A stretch of 64,000 nt of DNA from NCBI RefSeq assembly GCF_009914755.1, contig NC_060935.1; one strand, given 5' to 3'. The notes beneath the pieces were generated by a model, which was given only the letters and a program-made list of their open reading frames with translations, was not told the origin of the DNA and did no database searches. A program made the position numbers and the translations under genes. Source of the DNA: the human T2T-CHM13v2.0 reference genome, Homo sapiens. Position 1 is the stretch's first letter. Each line of letters opens with the position of its first letter. Shown here one piece after another: positions 30,432-46,584 of this stretch.

Positions 30432-31109
30432 ACTGGCTTTATTTATATCACCAGCATCTATCTCTACCATAGCTACTCATCCACTACTACTACCACACCC
30501 ACATAAGAATGTAGGCAGCTTCAGCAAAATCTTCAGATGATCAGATATAAAGACACTGCAGGCAGGAGGTCGATATAGAAATTTTTCCCTGTGAAATTTT
30601 TACTTTGAGAGTTTTCTTTTCTTTCTTTTTTTTAAAATAGTCCTAAACAATGAATGGGCAAAATAAGGCTTAATCTATTATTGTCTTGTATTTCAATCTT
30701 TTCCAGGCTACTTTCCATTAAACACATGCTCAGATTAATGCCATTAAATAGCTAGGACATTCCTTGAAATATGAGTATTAATTTTGGGTGCAGGAATACC
30801 AGTTGCTAGAAAGTCTGTTATACATTATATAATGTCAACTCCTCTTCCAGTTAGATTTCAAAAGTAAACCCTATCAGTTTTCAGGTAAAATGAAAATAAT
30901 ATAATGTATCTTTCTTATTAGTCTGGCCTTTCACACAAACTTCAATTTTTTTCATTTAAAAATTAATGAAGAGAAAAGACTCCATGCCCTTTGTATTCAT
31001 AAGACTACTTTTTTTTTTACTAACAATATAGTTGAGAACATTAAGATAATTTAAGAAAATTTATGTTTGACATTTTCTATAAAGTTACAAGAAGATAGTG
31101 TTCATATTA

Positions 31110-31436
<327 letters not shown>

Positions 31437-32382
31437 CCATGATAAGTGGGCAGTTCAATGAAATTAAATGAGATGATATGTTATTCCAGCAGGAATAACT
31501 TACATATTACAGCCTAGAAAAATTAAAAAATTTAAAAATGTGTGTGCACCTTTCACACGTCCCTTCAAGGGAACCTGATATAAGTAGCATTGTTGACTGA
31601 CATCCTCTGGCTTCTACACCATTAGATGCATCTGCACCTTCACACAAAGCTCATGCTTCCCTTGGCTGCTCCCAGACAGTGACCAGACACAGTAAGAGGA
31701 CGAGAGCTAGGCCATTCTGGCCAGAAATGAAACTCCTTTAATGGTCAACTTTTGCATGAGGACTCTGAACTGGCCCGGCTAAGACTTTGTCAGAGCTGCA
31801 CTGAGGGCTGATACTTTTCTTAGGCAATCTTTCCTTCTCTTTCTCTTTTCTTGGTTGTCAGAGCTGCATCATGGTTTAAAGATTCTCTTAATCTTTTCCT
31901 CCCTTCTTATCCTTTACATTTCACATTTTCCCCCCAATAAACCTATCTGACGACTAGTCCTATCTAGTTGTCTGCTTTGTAGAGGACTAAACCCAACACA
32001 GATCATAATAGGAGTGAAATCATACAATACGGGACACATTTAATCCCCTAGTACAAGGAATTGACTCAATTGTTGAAAATTTTACCAATCATAATGTGAC
32101 AAAACACCCTTGTGGAGGGAAATGCCCTGGCTGGTTCAACTCTTTAAGGCATTTGAAAGGTATGTGGAGGGGTGGACAATGGCAGGAAAGATAGTGGAGT
32201 CGACTGATTACTGCTGTGCTATATGGAAACCACGTAGAGTAATAATGACAAAATGAAGGCAGTTAACAAATAGTAAAAATGAAGTGTGATAGATTGCAAA
32301 GCTTGTAAAGATGCTCTTATCTCCTGAAGTAAAAAGGGTAACAACAGCGGGGGAGTACACTTGGGCATGAAATTTGAGTCTC

Positions 32383-32723
<341 letters not shown>

Positions 32724-32904
32724 TCAGAACTCCATGACTGTTTAATGCTTAACAAGACAGAACTATTATACCAAGGTGTGCACTCTGGTTGAGAAAATCT
32801 GGGGCAATGAAACATGGGATGTGGATATCTGAATGGATGACCTTGAAGATGTATTTTGCAAACTAGCTCACTCCTTTATTTATAACATGAGAGCTAACAC
32901 TCTC

Positions 32905-32979
32905 ATGCAGGAAGATAATAAAGAAGTTTATGCAGGAAGATAATAAAGGAGTTTATGCAGGAAGATAATAAAGAAGTTT
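32905..32979. repeat. 25-bp tandem repeat, 3 copies
   Basis: ATGCAGGAAGATAATAAAG(A/G)AGTTT at 32905, 32930, 32955. Confidence 0.93.
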
Positions 32980-35900
32980 CTCTCATACAAGACTATGGTT
33001 ACTGCCCTCTCTAGATTGTCAGGCTGGTAACTAAGGTTAAGTTCCAGTATGATTACAGCATGAACAAGCTGCAAGAATCCAGGGGATTGAAAATTAAGGG
33101 AGCTTAATCAAGAGGATAAGATCTTAAGACATAAGAACATAGAGAATAAGCAATAATTTTTTGACTTGGGAAAATTATTGTGGACACTGTATTGAACACC
33201 CTGGTCAGAATTCCTGGAGATGGGTCAGACTCACTGTGACAGTGACTCTTAGAAGCCTGGAGAATGTGATGGACGATGATGAGTCAAGTGGTAATGCCTG
33301 AGTTGCCCTGGCAGTTGGGCATTGCATTGCACTTGGGCAATGCAAAGATGAAGCAGCTGGGGATGCTGAAATCGACATATTATATGAGGCCAAAAGAGTC
33401 ACCAGAGAAGTATGTTCTATGGAACGCCCCAGAAAACACAACATTCACCAATGAATGCACAAATGAGTGGGGGTACCAGTATTACTAAAATGTTCAGCTA
33501 TGGCTCTCCTTTTCAGAGCAGGTGTGAGGATAGGAGAGACAGTCAAAGAGCTGGATTGTCTAGTAGTTGTGGGGGTGATAGACCTTTGAAGTAACAGATA
33601 GCAAGTTGAGGCAAATAACTGCCAGAAGCCAGGGGACAGCAATTACTTAAAAACCAGCAAGGGTAAACTAGCTGCCAAAGAGGCTTCACCTGTAGGGAGT
33701 TATGGAAATGGTGTCCTTAAGAGCAAATTAATAGGCAGCCAACAAGGGTGACGCCTAACATCTGCAATCACAAGAATGCAGGAATGGAGGAGCTGAAAAA
33801 CAGGTAGATGATATTTTAAAAAATAAAGAATTTCTGAAACCAAAAATTCACTGAAGGAATTACAAAATACAGTTGAAAGCTTTAAATGAGACCAAGCAGA
33901 ATAGTACATTTCAGAGACTGAAGTCGGGTTTTTAAATTAACCTAGAAGAAAGCAAGCAAACAAGAACGAAAGAGAGAGAAAGAAAGAAAAGAAAGAGAGG
34001 AAGAAAGAAAAACAGAAAAAAGGAAGGAAGGAAGGAAAATTTAAAAAATGAACAAAGCCTTTGAGAAACATAGGTTTATGTAAAATGATAAAACCTCTGA
34101 GGTATAGGCATTCCTAGGGAGAAGAGAAATAAATAAAAAGTTTGGAAAACTTATTTGAGGAAATAATTAGGAAAATTTCTCTAGTCTTGCTAGAGGTGTA
34201 GATATCCAGACACAAGAAACTCAGAGAACACCTGAAAAATACTTTGCAAGATGAACATCACCAAGGCATATAGGCATCAGACTATCTAAAGCCAATATGA
34301 AGGAAAAGATCCTGAAAGCAGCAAAAGAGGCACATCAAAACACCTATAAAATAAACCTCGTCAGAGTAACAAAGTACTCCTCAACAGAAATCTTACAAGC
34401 CAGAAGGGACTGGGGTCCTATTTTTAGTCTTCTTTAACAAAAGTACTACCAGCTAAAAAACTACCAGCTAAAAATTTTGTGTTCTGCTAAATTGAGCTTT
34501 GTAAATGAAGGAGAAATAAGTCTTTCCCAGATAAGCAAACACTAAGGAAATGTGTCACCACTCTACTGGCCCTACAAGAAGTTCACAAAGGAGTTCTAAA
34601 CAAGAAAATAAAAGGGTGATACTTGCGACAATAAAAAAACAAGTGAAAGTAAAAAACTCATAGATCTTCTAAAGCAACCACAAAAATGGAACTACAAAGC
34701 AATTAGGTAACAATGAACATCATGACAAGAACAAAATCTCATGTATTAATATTAAGCTTGAACAGGAATGTACTAAATGCTCCACTTAAAACATATAAAC
34801 TGAGAAAATGGATTAAAAACAATATTCAAACATGTGCTGCCTATTAAAATGCACCCAATGAGCACAGACATTCACAGGCTCAAAGCAAAAAGGTATAAAA
34901 AGATGTTTCACACAAATGGAAAACAATAGCAAGCAGGAGTAGTTAGCTATACTTATATAAGCCAGACTTTATATAAACAACAGTGAAATAAGACAAAGAA
35001 AGACATTGTGCAATGTTAAAGAAATCAATTCAAGAATACAATGTGACAATTCTAAACATATATGCATCCAACATCAGAGCAACCAGTTTCACAAAACAAA
35101 TACTATTGGACCTAAGTAAAGTGGTAGAAACAATACAATAACAGGAGGGGACTACAATACACCAGTGACCACCCTAGACAGATCACTGTGGCAAAAAAAT
35201 CAACCTAAAAAACCTTCTGAACTTAAATTGCCCTCTAGATTAAATGCTAAACAGACATATACAGAACATTCTGCCCAAGAACCACAGAACATACATTTCT
35301 GTATATTTCTGTTGGCACATGAAACAGTCTCAAAAATTGCTCAAATGCTAGGCCAGTCTCTATAAACTTAAAAACTGAAATAATATCAAGCATATTCTTA
35401 CACCACAGTGGATTAAACTAAAAATTAATACCAAAAGGAAGTCTCAAAAATATACAAATACTTGGAAATCAAACAACCTGCTTCTGAATAATCTTTGGAT
35501 ACACAACAAAATCAAGGCAGAAATTTTTTAAACATTGAAGCACATGAAATAGAGACACAATATACTAAATCATTTGGGAAATGGCAAAAGCTGTTTTAAG
35601 TGGGAAGTCTATAGCATTAAATGCCGACATTAAAAATATAGAAAGATTTTAATTTAAAACTCTAACATTGTACCTCAAGGAACCAGACAAATAAGAACAA
35701 CTAAAACCCAAAGCTAGGATAAGAAAATAAAGAACAAATATCAGAGAAGAGATAAATGAAATTGAGACAGAAAAATACAAAGATAAAGAAAATGGAAAGT
35801 TGGTTCTTTGAAAAGATAAACAAAATTGATAGACCACAGCAAGATTAATGAAGGAAAAAGAAAATTTGAACAAACAAAATCAGAAACAATAAAAGTGATA

Positions 35901-36490
35901 TGACAAATGATGCCACAGAAATATAAAAGATTATTAGAGACTATAATGAACCTCTCTGAGGGTACAAACTAGCAAGCCTAAAAAAGACGGATAAATTCTG
36001 GTTAACATACAACCTCCTAAGATTCAATCAAGAAAAAGTAGAAATACTGACCAGACCAATAACAAGTAGTGCAACTGAATCTTCTAACAAAAAATGCCTA
36101 GGACCAGAGGCATTCACAATCAAATTCTACCAGACATATAAAGAAGATTTAGTCATAATCATACTGACACTGTTTCAAAAAATTGAAGAGGAGGGAATCC
36201 TCCCTAACTGGTTCTATGATGCTTGTTTCACCCTGATTCCAAAGCCGGGTAAGGACGCAACAAAAAAGAAAATTACAGGCCAATCTTCCTGATGAGAATT
36301 GATACAAAAATCTTCAGCGAAATACTACAAGACAATCCAACAGGACATTAAAAAGATAATGCACCACAATCAAGTGGGTCATATTCCAGTGGTGCAAAGG
36401 TAGTTCAACAAATGCAAAAGTGGTTCAACAAATGCATGCCCATATGCCCCTGAGGCCTAACATATGGGCATAACACAATTAAAAACAAAA

Positions 36491-36808
36491 GGCTGGGCGT
36501 GGTGGCTCACGCCTGTAATCCCAGCACTTTGGGAGGCTGAGGCGGGTGAATTACCTGAGGTCAGGAGGAGTTCGAGACCAGCCTGGCCACCATGGCGAAA
36601 CCCTGTCTCTACTAAAAATACAAAAATTAGCTGGGCATGGTGGCGCATGCCTGTAATCCCAGCTACTAGGGGAGCTGAGAGAGGAGGATTGGAGGATCTC
36701 TTGAACCTGGGAGGCAGAAGTTGCAGTGAGCCAAGATTGTGCCACTGCACTCCAGCCTGCACAACAGAGTGAGACTCCATCTCAAAAACAAACAAACAAA
36801 CAAAAAAC
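36491..36808 (+). mobile_element. AluS inserted in L1
   Basis: ggctgggcgtggtggctcacgcctgtaatccc... with (AAAC)n tail. Confidence 0.92.
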
Positions 36809-38785
36809 ATATAATCATTTTAATACATGTGGAAAAAGCTTTTGACAAAACTCATCATCTCTTCATGATAAAAACTGTTAACAAACTAGGCACTGAGGGA
36901 ACATACTTAAAAAATAGTAAAAGCCATATATATACATCAAACCAACAGTCAACATCATATTGAATGGGCAAAAGTTGAAATCATTTCTCCCAGCAACTGG
37001 AACAAGCCAAAGATGCCCATGTTCACCACTCCTATTCAACATGATATTGGAAGCTCTCTCTAGAGCAATCAGGGAAAAGAAATAAATAAAAGGCATCCAA
37101 ATTTAACAAGAGAAAGTCAAACTATCTCTATTTGCTGATGATATGATCTTATATGTAGAAAACCCTAAAGACTCATCCAAAAGTCTCCTAGACTTGAAAA
37201 GTGACATCGGTAGCATTTCAGGATATAAAATCAAAGTACAAAGATCAGTAGCATTGTTATACACTAATAACAATCAAGCAGAGAACAAAATCAAGAACTC
37301 AATTTCATTAACAATAACTAGAAAAAAATATACAATACCTAGGAATACATGTAACTATGCTGGTGAAAGATCTCTACAAGGAGAACTATGATACACTGAT
37401 GAAAGTAATTTTAGATGACGCAAATATGAAAAATCACCTCATGCTCATGAATTGGAAGAATCAATATTGTTATAATGACCATACTACCCAAAGCAATCTA
37501 CACAGTCAATGTGATCCCTATCAAATTACCAATATCATTTTTCACAGAATTAGAATAAGCAATTCTAAAATTCACATGGAACCAAAAAAGAGCCAAATAA
37601 TCAAAGCAATCTTAAGTAAAAAGAAAAAAATCTGGAAGCATCACATTACCTGACTTCAACTACAATGCTATAGTAACCAAAACAGCATGGTATCAGGTAA
37701 CATCACATTACTTGACTTCAACTACAATGCTATAGTAACCAAAACAGCATAGTAACCAAAATGCATGGTAACAACATTTTCTTTTTTGGCGTGTCCTTAC
37801 CCAGCTTTGGTATAAATAAAGACACATAGATCAGTAAAACAGAATAGAGTATTCAGAAATGAAGCCACATACTTATGACCAACTGATCTTCGACAAAGTC
37901 ACTAAAATAAACACTGGGGAAAGGTCACACTATTCAATAAATGGTGCTGAACAATTGGATAGCTGTAGGTAGAAGAATGAGCCTGAACCTCTATCTCTCA
38001 TTATATGCCAAAACTAATTTAAGATAGGTTAAAGACTTAATCATAAGATCTAAAACTATAAGTATCCTAGAAGAAAACCTAGGAAAAATTCTTCTGGAGA
38101 TTTAGGCAAAGAATTTATGAGTAAGTTGTTGAAAGGAAATGCAATCAAAACAAAAATAGATGAATGAGGCATAATTAAACTAAAAAGCTTCTGCAAAGCA
38201 AAAGAAACAATCAAGAGAGTAAGCTGACAACCTACAGAATGGGAGAAAATATTGGCAAAGTATGCATCTAACAAAGGAGTAAATCCATCATCTACAAGGA
38301 ACTCAAGCAACTCAACAAGAACACAAATAACACCATTCCAAAGTGGGCAAAGGACACAAACATATGTATATGCTCTTTCTTTTCAAAAGAAAATATACAA
38401 GTGGCCAAGAAACATATGAAAAAATACTGAATATTGCTTATCATCAGAGAAATGCAAATTAAAACCACAATGAGATATTGTCTTACACCAGTCAGAATAT
38501 CTGTGATTAAAATGTGTATAAACAACAGATTTTGTCATGGAGAAAACTTATATACTGTGAGCGGGAATGTAAATTAGGAAACCTTTATGGAAAACAGTAT
38601 GGAGATTTTTCAAATAAATAAAATTAGAACCACATTTTGAACCATTAGAACCACCAGCAATTGCACTACTCTGTATTTACCATAAGGGAAATGAATCATT
38701 ACATAAAAAAGATATCTGCATTTGTATGATTATCTCAGCACTATTCATAATAGCAAAGATAGCGAATCAGACTAAATGTACATCA

Positions 38786-39200
<415 letters not shown>

Positions 39201-40887
39201 ATGCAGTTATATAGGAGGAATAAGTTCAAGAAATTTATTGTACAGCATCATATCTACAGGTCATAGAAATGTAGTGTATTCTTGGGCAAAAAGGGAGATT
39301 TCAAATGTCCTCACCACAAAAATGACAATTGAGTTAACATATATGTTAATTAGTTTGATTTAGCCTTTCCACAATGTATGTGTATATATATGTATATATA
39401 TATTATATTTCAAAACATCGTGTTGTACATGATAAACATCTACAATTTATACAACAATTAAAAAAGGAATACAAAAAATCGGTAAACCTAATAAATGAGG
39501 CATTTCTTGTGAATATATACTGAGCCTATACCCCAGTCGTAGACAATATTTATTCTTCTCAATCACGTGTAAAACATTAAACCAATCCAGATCTTATTCT
39601 TGTTAATGAGATCACTCAATACCATCAACAAGTTCTGTAAAGAAAAATAAAGGAAAATACTACAAGTAACTACTGTCACAATGCATTAAAACCAATAATA
39701 TAAAATTTTTAAATACAGTGTACTTACTAAGGTAGCATAGTTAAATGACAATTAGACAACTGTATCTTATCAACTTGGCACATAACTATTGTCATGAATA
39801 AATGGGGACCCTAATACATAATAAAAATCTATTTTGAGGAAAATATCAGGTAAGAAATGTCACAGCAATTTCATACCCATGTTCATTTATCATATTTTTC
39901 TTTTGAAAGGATCTACATACATAAGATCAAGCTGTTACATAAATCACACACATCTAACATGAACTTTTAATCAGCTATAGTAATTCTGTTTTGAAATGGA
40001 CTAGTTTTATAATGTTAAATTAAAATTGTAATATTTATGCTATAATGCAACATGATGATTTTTGTTAAAACATATATAGTTAATGCATGGCAATACATAT
40101 ACAGGATTTTAATTAAGGTAAATCTATACCATAACTTCAAGTGTTAGAACTATGAGTGCTTTTTAATTTCCTTATAAATACCGTTATGTTTTTTCAAGTT
40201 AGCATATGTTATTATTTTTATTTTCCTAAAATGGATATAATTTATAATCAGTTATTTTTAGCAATAATAATTATTTTTAATTATTGTATCATAATGATGA
40301 TTATTTCAAGGTTTGTATATTCCTCTAATTTTTCCTAATTTAATATATAAGTGTAATAAGTTTAAACTTTTGATTACATTTTAGAACACCCAACTATTCA
40401 TAATTCATTTCTCTCACTTGAAAAAGTAAAAATTTTATTAAAAAAATAAACTTTTTGAACCAGGGGCCATATTTGCATAGTTCCCAGCCTGCTGTGGAAA
40501 GCAGAAAGTTCTAAATAAACGTTAATTGAAAGAAGTAAAATGATACATTAATATAAAAAAATTTTAAAAATGGATTAGTTTATGAATGAACAAAACATTC
40601 TCTACTTCTGTGCTTTTGATATCTTTCCCATAGGGTAGTGGAGAAGAAGAAAACATTAATCTGCAGTAAGTATTAAATCCTAGTCTTTACTAAAATAACT
40701 TGTGTTCATTTTCATTCTCTCCCTGACTCATATATACACTCTAATACACAAACACACACATATGGGATTATTTGCTTATATACGTATCATTATTTGGACA
40801 CTGAGAATGGAAAGTTCTTGTTCTTTCTCCTCTTCCCATAGAGGTTATCTTGATTCTCACACCAACATCTGTGTCTCTGAGATTCTT

Positions 40888-40905
40888 AAATATCCCCTTG
40901 GGACA
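40888..40905. promoter_or_regulatory. O/E (EBF)-like site, copy 1 of duplicated module
   Basis: aaatatccccttgggaca (TCCCAAGGGG on minus); identical at 61491-61508. Confidence 0.5.
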
Positions 40906-43359
40906 CATAACATGTATTTTTTTTAAGGCTCAGTTCAATAGTTCAGACATAAAGGAATTTATAGGCTGATGGCTGTGGATACATATATTAATTCTAGGAT
41001 TGTGAATTTTTTTGACCAAGATTGTTAACACCTGGAGTAGATTGCGTTTACAGATCACTGTTCTGCTATCCAGAAACGAAGGTACTAAAAATATGCAAAA
41101 GACGGGATAGTGACAAAATTTATTTTCTGTAGTCAGCAAGATAAAGTGAAGAGGAGCTTTGGGTATATCTCAGTTGTTTATCATTTATCCAGCTAAGTCA
41201 TTGACTCCAATCACATAGTTGGAAGGAAGAAGCATTGTGTGAGGTTGAGTTCTTTTGGAAAACATTTATTTTCCCAAATCAAGCATTAAAATTCAGTGTG
41301 AATTATAATGATTATGATTATCTGTGTATTTCTCTGTTTAAATGGGAATCCTTTTTTACTAGTGGTGGAAGTCAAGTGTGGATTACCCCCACAACAAGGA
41401 GAAATGAAAGACTAGCTAGAGAATATTTACCCATTACTCTTGCTTCTTACTTGCTCTCCTTTACTTCCCCCAAACCATAGTCTAACTTTCCTTGGTTATT
41501 TCCTGGAAAGACTGAGATAGGACTTTTGTTTCATGTGTTTGCAGTAGCAAAATCTAATCCACACGGAGCAAGCAACCCTCATATGAGAAGTTGGGTCTAC
41601 TAGATTGGAGATGGTTGAACGAAAACAAAACAAAACAAAACAAATTTATTGGCCTACAGAGTTTAAGAATGAGGTTAGATAGAAGATAACATGTATCAAT
41701 ATTACTTTTCCAATGACTCTTTCCACACCCCAGCATAGCAAAGTCAAATTTCTTTGCAGAAGAAATTAAACTTTGATGTGTACAAACTATTTTAAATGTT
41801 TTAGAAAGAAAATTGCATACGTTTGTACTTATTAATAATACTTAGATAGTTATGTAGTTCTTGGAGAGCTTTGTAAATGTGTTGAAGATGGGACCTAAAT
41901 TGTTGTGTAAGCATAAAACCAGTTTTAGTGACTAAAGGTATGCCGAAAACAAGAAAATATAGGAAATACTAATAAAATATTTATCTAGTATTTAGATACA
42001 AGTGTGCATGTAATCTCAGAAGCAAATTATTCTATTTTCGGTTTAGGAGATATTTATGCTTCCCCTAATTTCTCTACCTACTTCTAACACATGGATACTT
42101 ATTTCACATGCAGTGGAACCATGAACACATACTTGGATATGTGCAGGTTCAATACAGATCTACAAGTATATTTTTCTCCACCCAGGTAATTGTTCTTTCC
42201 ACACATAATTCATTAAGACATTAAAAATAGCATTTTCCATTACTTGAAATGGTCACTTTAACTCCAAGAAAAGCTGCAAAAGTGCATCCTGAGCTGCTAT
42301 TTACAAAGCAATGTATAGCCCAAAACAAGCATTGAGCATCACATTTAATAAGACACTGTTCAATATATTAAAGTGAGATGGAGAAAAGAATCATGACACT
42401 ATTGAATAGTTTATACTAAATTTTTATAAATTATTGAAAAAGTAGTTTTATAAATGGATTATTGCCACTGTCACTGTCAGTTATTTTGCTTAATAATATA
42501 TTGTAAAACATCTGAAAAATGAGGTATATGTAAAAAATCTGAAAAATATAATAGTGACTACAAATATAAAATATAAATTCATAGTTTATAAATTCTGTCT
42601 GAAAGGCAGAATCCTGTAATTTTGATGTTCATAGAAAAACATTTCATGTATTGAAGACTATCTTTTATGCTTTTACAAAATAATAATTAACATACTTCTG
42701 AAAATTCCAAAGCTAAAATTTCAATTTTTGAACCATTCACTTACCTTAATTAAAAATTTAAAAATGAGTTTATAAGCTGCTATGTAATGTAAGTGTAACT
42801 TTGGGAGGTCCTCATATTAACATTGTCCCTCCATATCAACAAAGTGAGAATGTGAATTTAAGTGCTTTTCGTTATTTGTGTTATAGAAAAACCTTATCAA
42901 ACTTGGAAAAAAAACAATTTGGTACAACTACCTTTAATCACACAATGCTAAGCATTTTGTCTTCTCAAAGTGATCTTGACTTGAGTGTTTTAGCTTTGAA
43001 TTCTTTTTTCTAGTATTAGTATATCCTAAGTATGAGGTATACTGTTTATCTAAAAATATTGTTTGTATATATTTTTAAACCTTTGTGTATAATTTTCATT
43101 CTGATGAAATCTTATACTGCATATATAATTTTTAAAAATTAGTTGGAATTATTTCAACTTGATGGGAAGTTTAAATTATTTTTATATCCAAAACCAATGT
43201 TTGTTCTGCCTTTGTCATCTTTTTTTTTCCACTTTGTATTCTCTGTTTCTCTACTTTATGAGAGAGATGCCTTATGTTGTTTAGCTTTTCTAGTAATCTT
43301 AAGTAAAACTTTCTCTTTTTTTTCCTTCTAGTGGTTTCTTTTATACATTCCAAGTAATA

Positions 43360-43438
43360 TTAGGTTGGTGCAAAAGGAATTGTGGCTTTGCCATTACTTT
43401 TAATGGTAAAAACCGCAATTATGTTTGCACCAATCTAA
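43360..43438. mobile_element. MADE1 mariner MITE
   Basis: About 80 bp, TIRs ttaggttggtgcaaa...tttgcaccaatctaa, TA on both sides. Confidence 0.92.
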
Positions 43439-44499
43439 TAATACTTAGATAATAATTTAATAATTATCAAAATAAAGTGTTTCGGGTGAGTCATTCACTT
43501 TTTCATTTACTTATTTGTTTATTTATTTTAAAATTGACATTTATTGAGTATCTAATATGAGAGATTTGATTTGCTCGGCTCTGAGGATGCTTTACCAGAC
43601 ACTGTCCTTACATCGGTGATTTCACTGAATTTTGGAGAATTCCTAAATATAAGTTGATTTTCATAATATCATGAGGGAAATATAATTAAAGAGAATAATT
43701 GTTTGAACAAATCAATTTCTTACCCCTAGTCAAGGCTATTGGTAGCTACATTATCTTAAAATAATTTAAAGGATGGGTCGCTATCATGTCCAAAGGACAT
43801 TTGAGACCTCCTGATGATGGTTCTGCTTGAAGAATGTATAGGGATTAGCTACATTTGAGGGGAGTGGGCAAAGGGAGCACCAAGGAGATAGAGGTTTGCC
43901 TATCACAAAGCTGAGAATGTCAGTGCGATATGAGTAGGAAACAGCAAACAGCAACAGAAGAAAATGCTGTTCCTACCACTTTGACCTGTCAGAATTCTAA
44001 TCATGCTCCAGGTCTGGAAGCATCTGTCCTCTTCTCTAGGAGCATCTCCTGAGGCTAGGTTAGACACACAGGTGCTCCTATGACACCCAGTATAACTCTG
44101 ACATTTTGTAATGACTTGAGTACATATCTTTGAGGAGCATGCCTATTAACAAGTTTAACCTGTGTTTTTCTACTATTTTCAAAACAAGTTGCCTTTTGAT
44201 AAATCTGATCTGTCCTTTTCATCTTACCCAATAAGGCAGAACATGTGACTGTACTTCCTATCAGATGCTAATCTTAAAACAGTGTATTTTATTAACGGAG
44301 GTTAGGATGAATACCTCCTCTGATGGGGCACAAAAGAGAGTTCATTTGGTGGCACTCATGATTCCTACGGTGTTAATTTTTGTAAGCATTGCCAAAATGG
44401 CTGCCAGCCTGAGAAGAAAATACAAATATGGGTATTGAGCACTTAAAATGTGGTAGCATGTTTTAACATATTACGTCCTTTAATCCTCTTGGCAATTTA

Positions 44500-45400
44500 A
44501 TTTTTGTTATTATAAATTCTAACATACATATGCAATTTTACAATTAATCCAATTACATGTTGATTGATTTTTACAACCTGAATCTTGTATATCTCACAAC
44601 CAAATCAAGTAAGAGAATATGACCAGCAACTAACAGGACCCTTCTACCACATACTGCTTTTCAGTTATCACTCTCTCTCACTTTTTAAAAAGATTTTTCT
44701 ATTTCTAATAGCACAGAATAATTTGATCCGTTTTTGTATTTCATTTAAAGATCACAAGATGTTACATCTATTTTAAGTCTTTCTAAAAAAAATTAACACA
44801 TATTGTGAGATTCGTCTATATTATGCATATAGTCATAGATTGTTTATTCTTATTGTTACGTGGTATTTCATTGTGGGAATGTACCTAAATTTATTTACCC
44901 ATTTGATGTTGATGAACATTTAGGTTTTTTCCAGTTTTAGGCTATACTACAAATCATGTTTCAATAAGCATTCTAATTGATGTATTCTAGTAAATATATA
45001 TACATAGTTTTGTTGGAAATGGCAATGGTGGTCATGTGTATGTTTATCATTATGAGATATCCAATAAACAGTTGTTCTAATTTACATATCTACCAGCAGT
45101 AAATGAGAGTTCCAGTTGTTCTACATCTTTGCCAATGCTTGGTATTTTTAGTTCTTTTCATTTTAGCTGTCCTGTTTGGTATGTCACTACATACCAAAAA
45201 AAGGTGCTTTGTCATGAGAGATACAATTTTTACTTATTTTTCTGATTAATATAAAAGTTTGTGCCTATTTACCTGTTCATTGGCACTTTTATTTCTCTTT
45301 TGAAGTGTATGTTTCTTCCTGCAACTTTTTCTTACTGATGTTGTTGAAGTACTTTATATATTTTGTGTATGTATGCATTTGGATATCTTCTAGTTTGTGT
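44500..45400 (-). mobile_element. Old L1M 3' region, approximate
   Basis: gtatttcattgtgggaatgtacc...ccagcagtaaatgagagttccagttg. Confidence 0.7.
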
Positions 45401-45572
45401 TGACTAGATACATAAAGAACAAGAAAGATATCTTGAAAAGTGAAAATATTGAATCAAAACTTCATTGACTTTTAAAATTTTAAATCTTTGTGGGCACATA
45501 GTAGGTGTATATATTTATGGGTGTATGAGATATTTTGATCGAAGCATACAATGTGTAATAATCCCTTTAAAG

Positions 45573-45861
45573 GGCCGGGCACAGTGGCTCATGCCTGTAA
45601 TCCCAGCACTTTGGGAGCCTGATGTGGGTGGATTACCTGAGGTCAGGAGTTGGAGACCAACCTGACCAATATAGTGAAACTCCATCTCTGCTAAAAATAC
45701 AAAAATTAGCTGGGCGTGGTGGCATGTGCCTGTAGTCCCAGCTACTCGGGAGCTAAGACAGGAGAATTGCTTGAATCCAGGAGGTGGAGGTTGCAGCCAA
45801 GATTGCGCCACTGCACTCCAGCCTGGGCAACAAAGCAAGACTCTGTCTCAAAAAAAAAAAA
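45573..45861 (+). mobile_element. AluS within an antisense L1MA 3' fragment (about 45470-45990)
   Basis: Alu dimer with A tail; flanks resemble an L1MA 3' end. Confidence 0.9.
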
Positions 45862-46584
45862 TCCCAGTAAAGTAAATAGGGGTACCCATCATCTCAAACA
45901 TTTATCCTTTGTGTTACAGACAACCCAATTATATTATTTTAGTTATTTTAAAATATACAATTAAATTATTATTGACTGTAGACACCCAATAAATTTACTA
46001 ATTTTTGAGACCCCAAGCTTCATTGAGTAATAATTTAATTAAAATTTCAAAATTCTTTGAACAGTGCCTGAGTACCCAAGAATAAATATCAGTCAGTCAT
46101 TAAGAATAAAAATTAAAAAGTCAACATCTCATCTCTCAGATCATCAGTGAGGTAATCAAATGACTCTTCTTTAAAATTATATCTATATTGAGATGAGTAT
46201 AGTTATAGTTAAGTAAGATATTCTAATAAAAATACCATTTGAAAAGTCAGAATTATACTTGATTATAAATCTATGAGATTGGGAATATGTCTTTTTATAA
46301 AATAATTGATGTTTGATTGGCATCTGTGTTGAAAACTTAGACTGCCCAATAAGAATTTTTTACTGAATCAATAAATTAATCAATAAAACTAAACAGACAG
46401 ACAAAATTATTTCTTGGCACTCAGAAATTTGGTTGTTGGACCATTAAAATGCATTATGGAATTTTTAAAAGTTGGGGGAGAGGGAGACAGTAAAAATAAC
46501 CTATATTTTCTCTTGTTTTTTTTTTTTTAACTCTAGGAAAGCCCAGACAAATTTTGAGCTATTTCATAACCTACCAGACTTATC

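Noticed and set aside
32905-32979. Short direct repeats as a CRISPR-like array (also 3387-3464)
   Set aside because: Head-to-tail copies without spacers, in eukaryotic LTR context
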